Shown: positions 9,474-19,494 of the stretch, piece by piece
Layout of the letters: the number at the start of each line of letters is the position of its first letter
Numbering within the stretch: position 1 is the first letter of the stretch
Origin: Polyangiaceae bacterium
Lineage (GTDB): Bacteria; Myxococcota_A; Polyangia; Polyangiales; Polyangiaceae
DNA length: 64,000 nt
Direction: 5' to 3'
Assembly (NCBI GenBank): GCA_033763455.1
Contig: JANRKO010000050.1
Span: 33,339-97,338, forward strand
Notes under the pieces: model-generated
Told to the model about the DNA's origin: nothing
Seen by the model: the letters and a program-made list of their open reading frames with translations, nothing else
Databases searched by the model: none
Translations under genes and position numbers: made by a program

Positions 9474-10214
9474 TCAATCGTGAGAGCTCATCCACGCGGC
9501 GTGTCCGACGAAGAATGGACCCATCTGGCTGATATAGCGCGAGGTTTGTTTGGTCTTGCGCATCGATTGCACCACATGCGACAGCGGGTGTAGTGCTTTA
9601 CCGATCAAACCAATCACAAATTCATTGTCGTTCGCGTCTAGCCCGTGGCAGGCCAAGCGGATGTCGTGCGCCAGATCTGCGGCTCCGTAAGCTCGCCCAA
9701 TCTCGGCGTGTTCACGCAAGATGCCGCCCTTTTCGCGACCTTCCAACTCCTCAAACGCCCCACTTCGCCGCAGCGGGTACCAGACTGCCCACGGCCAGGC
9801 AGGATTTTTTGCCGTTTGCCTGGGGCGATCGAGCAACCAATAGTTGAGATCCGATTCGTAGCCGCTCGAATAGGTGCGCCCCAGCATCGTGAGCTCCGGA
9901 CGGACCTTGAGACCAAATGTTTTGTCGGCATTGCACGCCGGGCGGACGGCTCGCACGAACATCGTCGGATCCTCGCTCCAGCTGAGCAGGCCAATCGAAC
10001 TCGGTTGGTTGACGTCTTCATACAGCACGCTTGGAACCTCGCGCTGTTCGAGCTCGGCCGCTAGGTTTTTCAGACTCTCAGCGGGGCGAATGGCGGTGCA
10101 GTCCATCACCAAGAGTTGCATGAAAAGTCGCCGGTCCATCGTCTGCGGGTGGCCATCTTTAGGCGCACCGTGCTCAAGAACGTCGACTTCGGATACGGGG
10201 TGTTCGTGGGACAT
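9474..10214 (-). CDS. Chlorite dismutase / coproheme decarboxylase (ChdC/HemQ) family protein
   Basis: WYPLRRS, REHAEIGRAY, GLDANDNEFVIG, TSRY..GPFFVG; start set at MSHEH. Confidence 0.8.
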   Translation of the reverse strand: MSHEHPVSEVDVLEHGAPKDGHPQTMDRRLFMQLLVMDCTAIRPAESLKNLAAELEQREVPSVLYEDVNQPSSIGLLSWSEDPTMFVRAVRPACNADKTFGLKVRPELTMLGRTYSSGYESDLNYWLLDRPRQTAKNPAWPWAVWYPLRRSGAFEELEGREKGGILREHAEIGRAYGAADLAHDIRLACHGLDANDNEFVIGLIGKALHPLSHVVQSMRKTKQTSRYISQMGPFFVGHAAWMSSHD

Positions 10215-10357
10215 TCCGCATGGATGACACCCTTTGTGCCGGGGGTCGAGAGCCAGGTGGCTTTCGCTTGGCGCCGGGCCGATTCCTGTTAAGCTCCGCC
10301 GCCTTGACGTACAAAAGGTCCGTTCCGCCGCTGGTTGATGCAGCCGAACCTCAAGCC

Positions 10358-11617
10358 ATGAGTGGTAGGGATTTAGCACATCTTGCGCACCCGCTTCCGG
10401 CGGGGATGCGCGATCTGCTCCCGCCCGAAGCTGGAGCCCAGGCAGAGCTGGTTAGCCAGCTGCTAAAGAGTTTGGATCTCCACGGTTACCTCCAAGTGGA
10501 GTTGCCCGCCTTCGAATATGCGAGTGTGCTCGAACGAGGAATTGGCGCGCTGGATCCTTCGGAGGTGGTGCGCTTCATCGAACCCGGCACTGGCGAAGTT
10601 GTTGTCCTTCGGCCAGACATGACGCCCCAGGTGGCTAGGCTGGTCGCCACTCGTTTGGGCGAAGCGCCGGCCCCAGCGCGCATCGCGTATCGCGGAAGTG
10701 TGGTTCGGCAGCGTCGGCAACGCGCGCGTCGCCACCGTGAGATCCCGCAGGTTGGCTTGGAGCTGATTGGGTTGGGCGGTCAAGCGGGGGACCTAGAGGT
10801 CCTCACGGCTGCAACCAGGGCACTGGCCGCGACGGGCCTCGCTTCGTTCACTTTGGATCTTGGGAACGTGAAGATCACCCGCGCACTTTTGGCGAGTGTA
10901 AGCCCGCCCGAGCGCTCGGATCTCATTGAGGCGCTCCACCTAAAGGATTCGGCCAGCCTCGCGCGGCGCGCCGAACGGCTCGGGGTTTCAAAGGCCGAAA
11001 CCGCAGCTCTAGCCGCGCTGGCAGAATTACACGGTGGCCCCGAAGTGTGGCCCCGCGCCGAGCGTGTACTCGCAGGTACTGCAGCTGAGCTGGCCCTTGC
11101 CGAGTTGCGTGAGCTCGCTGAAGCCGTCGAGAAGTACGAGCTTGCTAGTTCTGTTTTGGTAGATCTCGGGGAAACCTGGGATTTCAACTACTACACCGGT
11201 GCTGTGTTTCACCTGCTGGCTGAAGGTCCTGGCGAACCCATTGGCTCAGGAGGGCGCTACGACGGCTTGTCGGAGTTATTCGGAGCCCCGAATTACGCGG
11301 CGGGTTTTGCGATCGATGTGAGCAATCTGTCATGGGCACTTGAGAAGTCAGGACGAAAGCATTCGGTGCCGCGCGTCGTTGTCGCGGACGATCAAGCAGA
11401 TGCAGCGATATTGTCAGCCCTGCGCCAGCGCGGGGTGCGGGTGGCCACCGCCAAAGCAGCGGACTTGTCGGGTTTTGCTCAAGCATGGGCCTATTCGCAC
11501 CAGCTTGAGCTAAAGGCTGGCCAAGCCGTGTTGCGTGATCAGTATGGGGTTTTAGTCTCTTGCAGCTTCGAGTCCGCGGCCAGTTTGGCCGAATGGATAA
11601 AAAGCCGCGTGAATTGA
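10358..11617 (+). CDS. hisZ: ATP phosphoribosyltransferase regulatory subunit
   Basis: LPAGMRDLLP, LRPDMTPQVAR, QVGLELIG, YYTG, GGRYD; immediately upstream of purA. Confidence 0.88.
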   Translation: MSGRDLAHLAHPLPAGMRDLLPPEAGAQAELVSQLLKSLDLHGYLQVELPAFEYASVLERGIGALDPSEVVRFIEPGTGEVVVLRPDMTPQVARLVATRLGEAPAPARIAYRGSVVRQRRQRARRHREIPQVGLELIGLGGQAGDLEVLTAATRALAATGLASFTLDLGNVKITRALLASVSPPERSDLIEALHLKDSASLARRAERLGVSKAETAALAALAELHGGPEVWPRAERVLAGTAAELALAELRELAEAVEKYELASSVLVDLGETWDFNYYTGAVFHLLAEGPGEPIGSGGRYDGLSELFGAPNYAAGFAIDVSNLSWALEKSGRKHSVPRVVVADDQADAAILSALRQRGVRVATAKAADLSGFAQAWAYSHQLELKAGQAVLRDQYGVLVSCSFESAASLAEWIKSRVN

Positions 11618-11634
11618 AAGGTTAGGAATAATTT

Positions 11635-12948
11635 ATGAGTGCGGTTGTGATCGTTGGCGCCCAGTGGGGAGATGAGGGCAAGGGCAAAATCGTGGATATT
11701 TACACGGAGTTTGCCGATGTCGTCGTCCGATATGCGGGGGGCCCGAATGCCGGTCACACGCTCGTTGTCGGCGACGAGAAGCTGGTGGTGCGTCTGCTGC
11801 CGAGCGGTATTTTGCGCGAGGGTTCAACCTGTATCCTAGGTCAGGGCATGGTGATCGATCTCGACGTCTTAGTCGGTGAGATCGACGAGCTCTTGCGGCG
11901 TGGAAAGTCCCATGTTGAAGGCCAGCTTTGGATCAGTGATAGGGCGCACCTGGTGCTCCCGTACCACATCTTGGTGGATACCTTGCGCGAAGGCACAGCC
12001 AAGGAAGGTAAGGCACTTGGAACTACTAAAAAGGGGATAGGTCCGGCCTACGAAGATAAGGTTCGTCGTGTCGGCATCCGCGCGGGGGATCTGAAAGATA
12101 GAGCCAAGTTAGCGTCAAAGTTGACCACAGCACTTGAAGCTTGGGAGCCCGTAATTCGTGCCCTCGGCGGGGAGCCGCCAACGGTAGCATCGGTGATGGC
12201 AACACTTGAGCCGCGGATTGGGCGTATTTTGCCCCGTTTGGCGAATGCTTCCAGAATGGTGGACGACGCGGTGCGCGCCAAGAAGCGCGTCATGTTTGAA
12301 GGCGCACAAGGTACACTGCTCGATGTTGATCACGGGACCTATCCGTTCGTTACCTCAAGCTCAGCGGTATCCGGTGGAGCGGCCATCGGCAGTGGCATCG
12401 GCCCCAACCGCATCTCTACGGTGATCGGTATCACCAAGGCTTATGCCACTCGGGTGGGTGCAGGCCCTTTCCCGACAGAGCTTGAAGACGCCTCGGGCAA
12501 ACACTTGCGTGAAGTCGGGGCTGAGTTCGGATCGGTAACCGGTCGCCCCCGACGTACGGGTTGGCTCGATATTCCGGCCCTCCGTTATGCGGCCCGCGTC
12601 AATGGCTTGGACGGGCTTGCCCTCACGAAGGTGGACGTACTCACAGGACTCGACACTCTTAAGATTTGCGTGGCGTATGACACCCCAGAGGGCCGCACAG
12701 AGGATCTTCCGATTGACTGGTTGGATGAGCCCGAAAAAGCCGTGCCCGTCTTCGAGGAGCTGACGGGCTGGAAGGAGTCGTTGAATGCGGTGAGAGTACT
12801 GGAGCAATTGCCCGCCGCCGCACGGGCCTACGTGCGCTTCATTGAAGATCGAAGCGGGGTGCCGATTTATCTGGTGAGCGTGGGTCCGCGTCGCGACGAG
12901 ACCATCATGTTGCACAATCCATTCGTCGGGCGCGCCGCAGCACCGTAA
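11635..12948 (+). CDS. purA: Adenylosuccinate synthetase
   Basis: QWGDEGKGK, GGPNAGHT, GIGPAYEDK, EGAQG, TYPFVTSS, TGRPRR. Confidence 0.98.
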   Translation: MSAVVIVGAQWGDEGKGKIVDIYTEFADVVVRYAGGPNAGHTLVVGDEKLVVRLLPSGILREGSTCILGQGMVIDLDVLVGEIDELLRRGKSHVEGQLWISDRAHLVLPYHILVDTLREGTAKEGKALGTTKKGIGPAYEDKVRRVGIRAGDLKDRAKLASKLTTALEAWEPVIRALGGEPPTVASVMATLEPRIGRILPRLANASRMVDDAVRAKKRVMFEGAQGTLLDVDHGTYPFVTSSSAVSGGAAIGSGIGPNRISTVIGITKAYATRVGAGPFPTELEDASGKHLREVGAEFGSVTGRPRRTGWLDIPALRYAARVNGLDGLALTKVDVLTGLDTLKICVAYDTPEGRTEDLPIDWLDEPEKAVPVFEELTGWKESLNAVRVLEQLPAAARAYVRFIEDRSGVPIYLVSVGPRRDETIMLHNPFVGRAAAP

Positions 12949-13053
12949 CGCAGGGCGGAGCTATAGGTCCTCGCCGCCGCACTGTGTGCGGCAGCACTGC
13001 CTGTGGGGCTCCACTCCGCTTGCGTGTACGCGCTCGGCTGATAAATTGGCCTT

Positions 13054-13989
13054 GTGTCGTTCTATGCGTTCGCCTGGGTAGCGCTTGGGCTAGCCTCCGG
13101 TCCAAGCGTTGAGGCTCGGGAAGCCGTGGCACAGTTGAGCCCACGCTGGCCGGCTTGTGTCGCTCGCGAAGGGCGTGTCGCCGTGCGCCCTTGGGACCTC
13201 AAGGCCCGCTCCGAAGTTGAGGTTGCCTGTGAGCAGCTCGCATTAGGCCATGCTGTACTCGAAGCAACGCCAGAGCGTTCGCTGGCTCTTGCAGAAGGTT
13301 TGCTTAGAAAAAAGGGTGGGCTGCCCGATCTGTGGGCGCAAAGTGCGATCTTGGCGGGTAGGGCGCTCGTTCGTCTCGGGCGACCAGACTCTGCGTGGGA
13401 GTATTTCCAGCGAGCACAAAGCCGGGGCGTTCGACCCACGGGGCCACGCGCGCTCTACGACTTTGCTCGTGCCGCACAGTTCACGAACCACCAAACCGAA
13501 GCCTTGGTGGCTCTGAGGGCTGCTAGCACTCAAATGGCGTTCATGAGCCCTAGCTTCCGACAGGGCATTTACCTCGAAGCTGGTGCGATTTCGATCTTGG
13601 AAAATAAGCTGCAGCCAGCACTCGGTTTCTTGGAGCTAGCGCGCCGTGAGCCAGGTGCCGTTGAATACAGAAGCTTGGTACGCGCGCTGTTGAGCACAAC
13701 GCTTGAGCTCCTCGGCAAACCCGAGCAAGCCCGCACCGTATTGTCCGAAATCCCGGATATCTGGGCTCTCACAGAGGGACCTTTGGATCCCGGTTTCGAG
13801 CCGAATCGCGGCCGAACGTTGACGCCTTTTTTGGACCCAATCCTCGCGAAAACGGCTGCCGCAGTGCTGCTTTCGACGGCCGACCCAAACGCCTCAGCTG
13901 AGCTGTTTGAGGAGCTAAGAAGCGATCCGAAGGCTCCCGAAATTCTTCGTAAATTGGCCGAGTTGAAGCTGCGTGGGGCGAACCCATGA
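13054..13989 (+). CDS. Exported TPR-like helical hypothetical protein
   Basis: Hydrophobic N-terminus; Ala/Leu-rich helical repeats (GRALVRLGRPDSAWEYFQRA). Confidence 0.6.
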   Translation: MSFYAFAWVALGLASGPSVEAREAVAQLSPRWPACVAREGRVAVRPWDLKARSEVEVACEQLALGHAVLEATPERSLALAEGLLRKKGGLPDLWAQSAILAGRALVRLGRPDSAWEYFQRAQSRGVRPTGPRALYDFARAAQFTNHQTEALVALRAASTQMAFMSPSFRQGIYLEAGAISILENKLQPALGFLELARREPGAVEYRSLVRALLSTTLELLGKPEQARTVLSEIPDIWALTEGPLDPGFEPNRGRTLTPFLDPILAKTAAAVLLSTADPNASAELFEELRSDPKAPEILRKLAELKLRGANP

Positions 13990-14948
13990 GCGCTCGGCGT
14001 GGGCAAAAGTGCCTCCCGTTTACTGCACTGGTGATGGCTCTGGGGGTGTTGGCACAGGTTCGTCCCGCTCACGCGGACGTGGGCTTCTGGGATGGCGTGC
14101 GGGACTCTCGGGCGCATGTGCGTGCGGCTGCACGTCGCTTGGTACTCGGCTACGCGGCCTTGCCCGATTCGCGGGAGGTAACGGCGGCATGCCTTACAGT
14201 GCTGCCGTTTGCCTCTGCCGACCTCAAGTACTTGTGTGGCGCCCGCTTGGGGAGGGCTCATGACGGGATGAAGCAGAAGGCGCTCGGGTTGCTAAACAAA
14301 GCCATTCAGGAGGCGCCAGAGAGCCCATGGGTTGGCCAAGCCTGGTTTGAGGTGGGAGTGGTGGAGGCTGAGCTTGGGCATCCTGAGCGAGCGATCCGCG
14401 CCTTCTCAAGCGCACTTGAGCGGGTCTGGCAACCGTCACTCCGGGCCCATTTGCACTACAAGCGTGGCCTCGCGTACATGTTGCGCGGAGAGTTGCGTTA
14501 TGCAACTTCAGATTATCGGCTCGCGCTCTTGTTGGGGAGCGGCTCCGAGCTCTTCGCTATGGCGCAAGCTAGCCTCGGGGTAGCGCTAGAGCGGCAGGGC
14601 GATTTGGCTTCGGCTTTGGCTGCGTTTTCAGCTGCTTCGAGCGTTCAGCCTGTGCATTCGTCCGTAGCTTCTCAAGGCCTGGGTCGCGCCGTGCCCGCGC
14701 TCATGCCGGTGTGGGAAAGCTACTATTACAAAGCGCTCGCAGCGATGGCTGAGGGGGAACAGGCGGGAACCCCTCAGGCCCGGGAGGTCGCCTACCGCCA
14801 GGCCGTGCTTGCGTGGAGTGCGTATCTGGATGAAGGCCGGAAGGTCTCGGCTCATTGGCTTGACCACGCCGAGGCCTTGCGTTCGCGATGCGAGTCGAAG
14901 GTGGAAGAATCCGTTGGGGATCGGAGCGCAAGAGCGTTCCCGCGTTGA
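13986..14948 (+). CDS. Exported tetratricopeptide repeat protein
   Basis: Signal peptide ending AHA; TPR-like AWFEVGVVEAELGHPERAIRAFSSAL and HYKRGLAYMLRG; ATGA overlap with upstream gene. Confidence 0.75.
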   Translation: MSARRGQKCLPFTALVMALGVLAQVRPAHADVGFWDGVRDSRAHVRAAARRLVLGYAALPDSREVTAACLTVLPFASADLKYLCGARLGRAHDGMKQKALGLLNKAIQEAPESPWVGQAWFEVGVVEAELGHPERAIRAFSSALERVWQPSLRAHLHYKRGLAYMLRGELRYATSDYRLALLLGSGSELFAMAQASLGVALERQGDLASALAAFSAASSVQPVHSSVASQGLGRAVPALMPVWESYYYKALAAMAEGEQAGTPQAREVAYRQAVLAWSAYLDEGRKVSAHWLDHAEALRSRCESKVEESVGDRSARAFPR

Positions 14949-14951
14949 ACG

Positions 14952-16052
14952 TTATGGGGCTTGGCGAAGCAGTTTGCCGGCTCCGTCAGCATCTGTAACG
15001 GCAAAAAACACCGGCCTAAGATAGGCACTGCGTTCCAATTCACCGAATGCTCCGCTGAGAGCCAGCGAGCGCGCGCGGGGGCCGTCGAGTACAATAAACA
15101 CGTCGCTTAGGCCTTCTCCCAGGGGCGCATCAATCACATCAACGATGCGTTTTCGGTCCAGATGCAACTCTTCATCCGCACGTTGGATGAGAACGCGCTT
15201 GTTCGTGATAAGATACTGCGTCTGGCGGAGAAGCCGCCCGGAGCGAATCAAGGCGTCGTAAACCAAATAGCCTGCAATTGAGAGCAATAAGCCCACGGTT
15301 ACCAGAAGGCACAGGGCAATGGTCAAAAGAGGCCAAACTTCCAGGCCGCCGCTGTTCAGAAGCTCAAGGGCGCGGGTTCCGGTGGCCACCAACCGTACAG
15401 AGGCGAATAAGAGAACGGCGCAGATGAACAGCAACATCCAATCCCTCTGCCCGTGTGGCAGATACGCACGCCACTGTTGCGTTGGCTTGGACGACCACAA
15501 CACCCGCTCGTCCTGATCCAGCCGCTGCGCGAGTGCTCTTGCGCCCACAGCGATGGGAGCTACGGCTTCCTCCCCGCGAATAATCGCCCACACGCGGTCA
15601 GGAGAGTTCACCCCCGTGAGTCGCAAGATCAGGCGACGGCGGAGCGCTCCGGTTGGCACTGCCCGAACCAACTCAAGATCGCCCATTCCGGGGTGTTTGG
15701 GATCCCAGAATATGCGAGCAAAGCTGATGGAGCTGCGCTCAATGCTTCGGCGAAATGGGCCACGCTTCCAGATGATTTGGTGTTCGGTAACCAGGTACTC
15801 CACGCGGCTGAACCAGATCTTTGGCGCCAGAAGGCTCCCGATGCCACACGTCACGCACCAAAAAGAAAACGCCAGCATGGCTGTCGGCGACTGTTCGATG
15901 ACGAGGGCTAAGATGAAGGCGAACGCCAGAGCAATGGCACTGCTGAGGAACAGTAACAGCGCGAAGGCGCGCAGAATCGGCGGGGTTACAATGACACTCG
16001 GCGCACCCGACCACACGATCTTCTGGTGGAATAGCGAGTCTCGCTTCATCAT
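14952..16052 (-). CDS. Membrane protein with two tandem [2TM + bacterial PH-like] modules
   Basis: Internal repeat IVWSGAP..EYLVTEHQII versus ERVLWSSKP..QYLITNKRVL, each with a TM hairpin. Confidence 0.7.
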   Translation of the reverse strand: MMKRDSLFHQKIVWSGAPSVIVTPPILRAFALLLFLSSAIALAFAFILALVIEQSPTAMLAFSFWCVTCGIGSLLAPKIWFSRVEYLVTEHQIIWKRGPFRRSIERSSISFARIFWDPKHPGMGDLELVRAVPTGALRRRLILRLTGVNSPDRVWAIIRGEEAVAPIAVGARALAQRLDQDERVLWSSKPTQQWRAYLPHGQRDWMLLFICAVLLFASVRLVATGTRALELLNSGGLEVWPLLTIALCLLVTVGLLLSIAGYLVYDALIRSGRLLRQTQYLITNKRVLIQRADEELHLDRKRIVDVIDAPLGEGLSDVFIVLDGPRARSLALSGAFGELERSAYLRPVFFAVTDADGAGKLLRQAP

Positions 16053-16304
16053 GAATTGTGGGCCTAACTGAGCCTAGGTACGGACCTTTGCACCGGATCT
16101 ATAGGGTTCCCAGCACGGACGCTGGGCCTTGCCATTATGTTGGGCCCGGATGCGGGCAAGTAAAGCGGGTGGGCGAGCTCATATGGTACCGAAGTTCGAA
16201 GAGGAGGCCTCGATCGCACCTCGAGTAGGTGTCGATAGCTCGCAAGGGTGGCTCAAAAAACGCTGTCGTGCGCCGAACCGCAGCTTACCTAGGTGCGCTA
16301 GGAG

Positions 16305-17417
16305 CTACGGTGTGGGCGAAACGAACACAACTTCGGCGCGTTCATTCCGAGCCTCTGCCCCCGGCTCGCCGGAAATCGCTATGGGCAGCGAACTTCCCGC
16401 GAAGTCTGAGGTGACGTTAGGGGCCCCAGCGTCGCGCAAAGCCTTTTCGAGCTCGGCTGTCTCGGGTGGCTTGCCCTTGGCACTGTGAAGTACCAGGAGC
16501 AGCGGGAATTCCGGGTGTGTTTTGGCTACGCGTCCGAGCGCCGCAAGCTGCTCGGCCACTTGGGGCGAGAGCTTGTTGCTGGGATCGAAAACCCCTCGGA
16601 GCGTGACCACCACTCCGCGATCATCCCGAAATGGGAAAAGCTTTGCATCGCTTAACTCTGCGAGTAAGCCCTCAGCGGCGAAGCTTTGCGGTTGCTCCCG
16701 CAGCTTTGGCTTTCGGATTTCGTACAGCATCTCCAGACACTGGGAGCGAAGTCGCCGCGCGGCGTCTATGGGGGCAGGGGAAAGCGCTTTGCCGGCGCCT
16801 TGCTCTATGCGGGCAATATCAGCAAGCCGAGCTTGTTCTTCTTCAGGGTGCGCCGGGTCGAGCAAGCGTGCCGAGACGCAAAGAAGGCGCGCCTGGCGCA
16901 AGAGCGCAAGCGCCGCCTTCTGGCGAGCGCGCTCCCTTTCCGGCGATGCAGGCTCACTCTTCGGCAGCGGCAAGGCGTCGCGGTTCACCTTGGTCCGGGC
17001 CTCAATCTCGGTAACTTCCGACTCCAGCTCCCGAGCCTCGCCATCGAGCCGCAGCAGCTCTTGCTGGGCCGCTACCACGCTTGTATCTGCTCGGGATATG
17101 CGCCCGAGCGCCACGGCAACGCGCGCAAGCACCACGGCGTGCTCATAGGCGGCGATGGCATGCTCGCTCAGCAGCTCTGCTTGTTCAGAATCCCCCTGAT
17201 TGTAGGCTTCTTCTGCTTGATGGAAGAGATCTTCAGCCTGCAGAAATGCTTGGGGAGCAGCTTGCTCGGCGGCTTGCACGAGTGGGGCGGAACGAGTGGC
17301 ATCCGCCTGGGAAAGCATCGGGGGCCGTGGTCCCGCCGAACAAGCCGCGAGCAGGAGGAACGCGATTGTTGGAAAGAAAGGCTTTGCGCCCGGCTTCGAT
17401 GGGAGCCGCGCACTCAT
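16305..17417 (-). CDS. Lipoprotein with coiled coil and degenerate OmpA-like C-terminal domain
   Basis: Lipobox LAAC; coiled-coil middle; DDRGVVVTLRGVF..ARNERAEVVFV. Confidence 0.65.
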   Translation of the reverse strand: MSARLPSKPGAKPFFPTIAFLLLAACSAGPRPPMLSQADATRSAPLVQAAEQAAPQAFLQAEDLFHQAEEAYNQGDSEQAELLSEHAIAAYEHAVVLARVAVALGRISRADTSVVAAQQELLRLDGEARELESEVTEIEARTKVNRDALPLPKSEPASPERERARQKAALALLRQARLLCVSARLLDPAHPEEEQARLADIARIEQGAGKALSPAPIDAARRLRSQCLEMLYEIRKPKLREQPQSFAAEGLLAELSDAKLFPFRDDRGVVVTLRGVFDPSNKLSPQVAEQLAALGRVAKTHPEFPLLLVLHSAKGKPPETAELEKALRDAGAPNVTSDFAGSSLPIAISGEPGAEARNERAEVVFVSPTP

Positions 17418-17875
17418 GGCTTTTTGACCTGCGCGGGCAAGGCTTTCGACTGCGTTTCGGACTCTTTGAGCTGAGCGAGCGCTCGATTTTTGCGGGCCAG
17501 GGCCTCTTCAATCAGGGCGCGGGCTCGCACTGTTTTTTCTTGCGCAAGGTTCAACTGAAGTTCGAGTGAGCTGGCCTGCCGCTCAAGATCGGTTGCCCGC
17601 AGCAGGTCCTGGGCGGTGAGGGCGAGGCGAAGTGCGACGGACTCCAGCTGCTCGGCAACCTTAAGCTGTTTCTTGGAAGTCGCCGCCAGCGCTCGAGTGA
17701 GCGCGGATTCTGCGCGGCGCGTGTACGTGGCGATGAGCGCCGCCCGTTCTGACTTCGCAAGCTTGGCGAGTAGGGCTTCGGCTTCTCTTCGTGGTGACGC
17801 CGCCTGGGCACCCGCCGGAGCCACAAGAACACCAGCGAGCAGGCCGAGGGTCCCGAAAGTGAGCCTTATCTTCAC
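17414..17875 (-). CDS. Exported coiled-coil hypothetical protein
   Basis: Signal peptide (AQA); heptad-rich; 4-nt overlap with downstream lipoprotein gene. Confidence 0.65.
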   Translation of the reverse strand: MKIRLTFGTLGLLAGVLVAPAGAQAASPRREAEALLAKLAKSERAALIATYTRRAESALTRALAATSKKQLKVAEQLESVALRLALTAQDLLRATDLERQASSLELQLNLAQEKTVRARALIEEALARKNRALAQLKESETQSKALPAQVKKP

Positions 17876-17973
17876 GATTGCTCAACACCAAGCCACGCGG
17901 GGCGGCGAAGGTCAAGGCTCTCGTAGGCACCCCAGGGTTCGCGGTATACGAAGAGGCGAAGAGGACAGCTCAT

Positions 17974-18447
17974 ATGACACGACGTCGCGCGACTTGGGAC
18001 GAGTACTTTATGGCGATCGCCACCGAGGTGGCGACCCGCTCAACCTGTGATCGGAAACACGTGGGCGCTGTGATCGTGCGCGACAAGACCATTCTCGCAA
18101 CTGGCTACAACGGTTCGATTCGGGGCTTGGGGCACTGTGACGACGAGGGCCACATGATGGAGGATGGTCATTGCGTGCGTACCGTCCATGCCGAGGCCAA
18201 TGCCATCGTCCAAGCCGCCAGGAACGGAAGCAGGTTAGAAGGGAGCTACATCTACGTGACGGCTTCGCCCTGCTTCAAGTGCTTCCAGCTCATCGCGAAT
18301 GCGGGGCTAGGGCGCATCGTGTTTGGTGAATTCTACCGGGACGAGCGCATTTTCAAGTTCGCCCACACGCTCAAGATAGAGCTCGCACACCTGCCCGCGG
18401 GGGCGGAGGTTGCTCAGATCGCGGCATACGAGGAGCCGAAGGGGTGA
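17974..18447 (+). CDS. dCMP deaminase / ComEB family protein
   Basis: WDEYFM, RSTC, GYNG, HAEANA and PCFKC zinc motifs. Confidence 0.92.
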   Translation: MTRRRATWDEYFMAIATEVATRSTCDRKHVGAVIVRDKTILATGYNGSIRGLGHCDDEGHMMEDGHCVRTVHAEANAIVQAARNGSRLEGSYIYVTASPCFKCFQLIANAGLGRIVFGEFYRDERIFKFAHTLKIELAHLPAGAEVAQIAAYEEPKG

Positions 18448-19439
18448 CGGTGGGCTCACTTTCGGTCGCAGTGCTGGCAGGTGGGCCTTCGGCCGAGGCC
18501 GCCGTGAGTCGCGTATCGGCCAGGGCGGTGGCTGAGGCTTTGCGAGCGGCGGGGCACACTGTGCATGTGCTTGAGGTTTCAGAGGCTTTGCCGAGCCTTC
18601 TTGCGTCCATTCAGATTGACGCAGTTTTCCCGGCTCTTCACGGTCGTTTGGGTGAAGACGGCTGCGTGCAGGGTTTGCTCGAAGTGATGGGGCTTCCGTA
18701 CGTGGGCTCCGGCGTGCTCGCAAGTGCAGTTGCAGCGTATAAGCCATTTGCGAAGGGGCGTTTCGCCGAATTAGGTGTCAACCAGGCGGAGGGGGTAGTT
18801 GTTAACTCGAGAATGCCTGTGGGAGAGTGTGTCGAACTTATTTGGAAGACACTCGGCAAACACGTGGTGCTCAAGCCTGCATCGGGAGGGTCTGCCATCG
18901 GCGTCACGCGCATGTCCGATGAAGACGATGGAGCCGCGTTTCGCGCGGCCCTGGAAGCCGCATTTCTGATCGAGGCGAACGTGCTGGTCGAACGACGTGA
19001 ACACGGCCTGGAGGTGACGTGCGGGGTTCTTGAAGATGATGCGGGGGAGCCCAAAGCGTTGCCACCGACGCAAATCCTGGCCAAAGCTGCCGATTGGTAT
19101 GATTTTAAGTCACGCTACGGCACTTCAGCCAGTGAACATCTGTGTCCGGCACCTTTCGAAACGGCGGTGATTGCAGAGATCCAGAAGCTAGCCGTATTAG
19201 CCCACCGTGCAGTGGGCGCGCGGGACCTGAGTCGTGTTGATTTTGTGGTGGATCCTGGTGCGCGCCGCGTCACGGTGCTGGAGGTCAATACGCTCCCGGG
19301 GATGACGCCCACCAGCCTTTTTCCGGAAGCTTGTGCCGTCATGGGTCTCAGCTTCAGCACCCTTTGCGACAAGCTGGTGCGCCGTGCTGCGGCGCGGCCT
19401 CGAACAGAAGCGCCCGCCGTTGTCCCCATGCCCGCCTAG
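18444..19439 (+). CDS. ddl: D-alanine--D-alanine ligase
   Basis: GGPSAEAAVS, LHGRLGEDG, YDFKSRY, LEVNTLPGMT. Confidence 0.95.
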   Translation: MTVGSLSVAVLAGGPSAEAAVSRVSARAVAEALRAAGHTVHVLEVSEALPSLLASIQIDAVFPALHGRLGEDGCVQGLLEVMGLPYVGSGVLASAVAAYKPFAKGRFAELGVNQAEGVVVNSRMPVGECVELIWKTLGKHVVLKPASGGSAIGVTRMSDEDDGAAFRAALEAAFLIEANVLVERREHGLEVTCGVLEDDAGEPKALPPTQILAKAADWYDFKSRYGTSASEHLCPAPFETAVIAEIQKLAVLAHRAVGARDLSRVDFVVDPGARRVTVLEVNTLPGMTPTSLFPEACAVMGLSFSTLCDKLVRRAAARPRTEAPAVVPMPA

Positions 19440-19494
19440 GGCTTTCGTTTTTTCTCTACTGGTCGGGATGGGGGAAATAGCGGTAAACCGTGGC

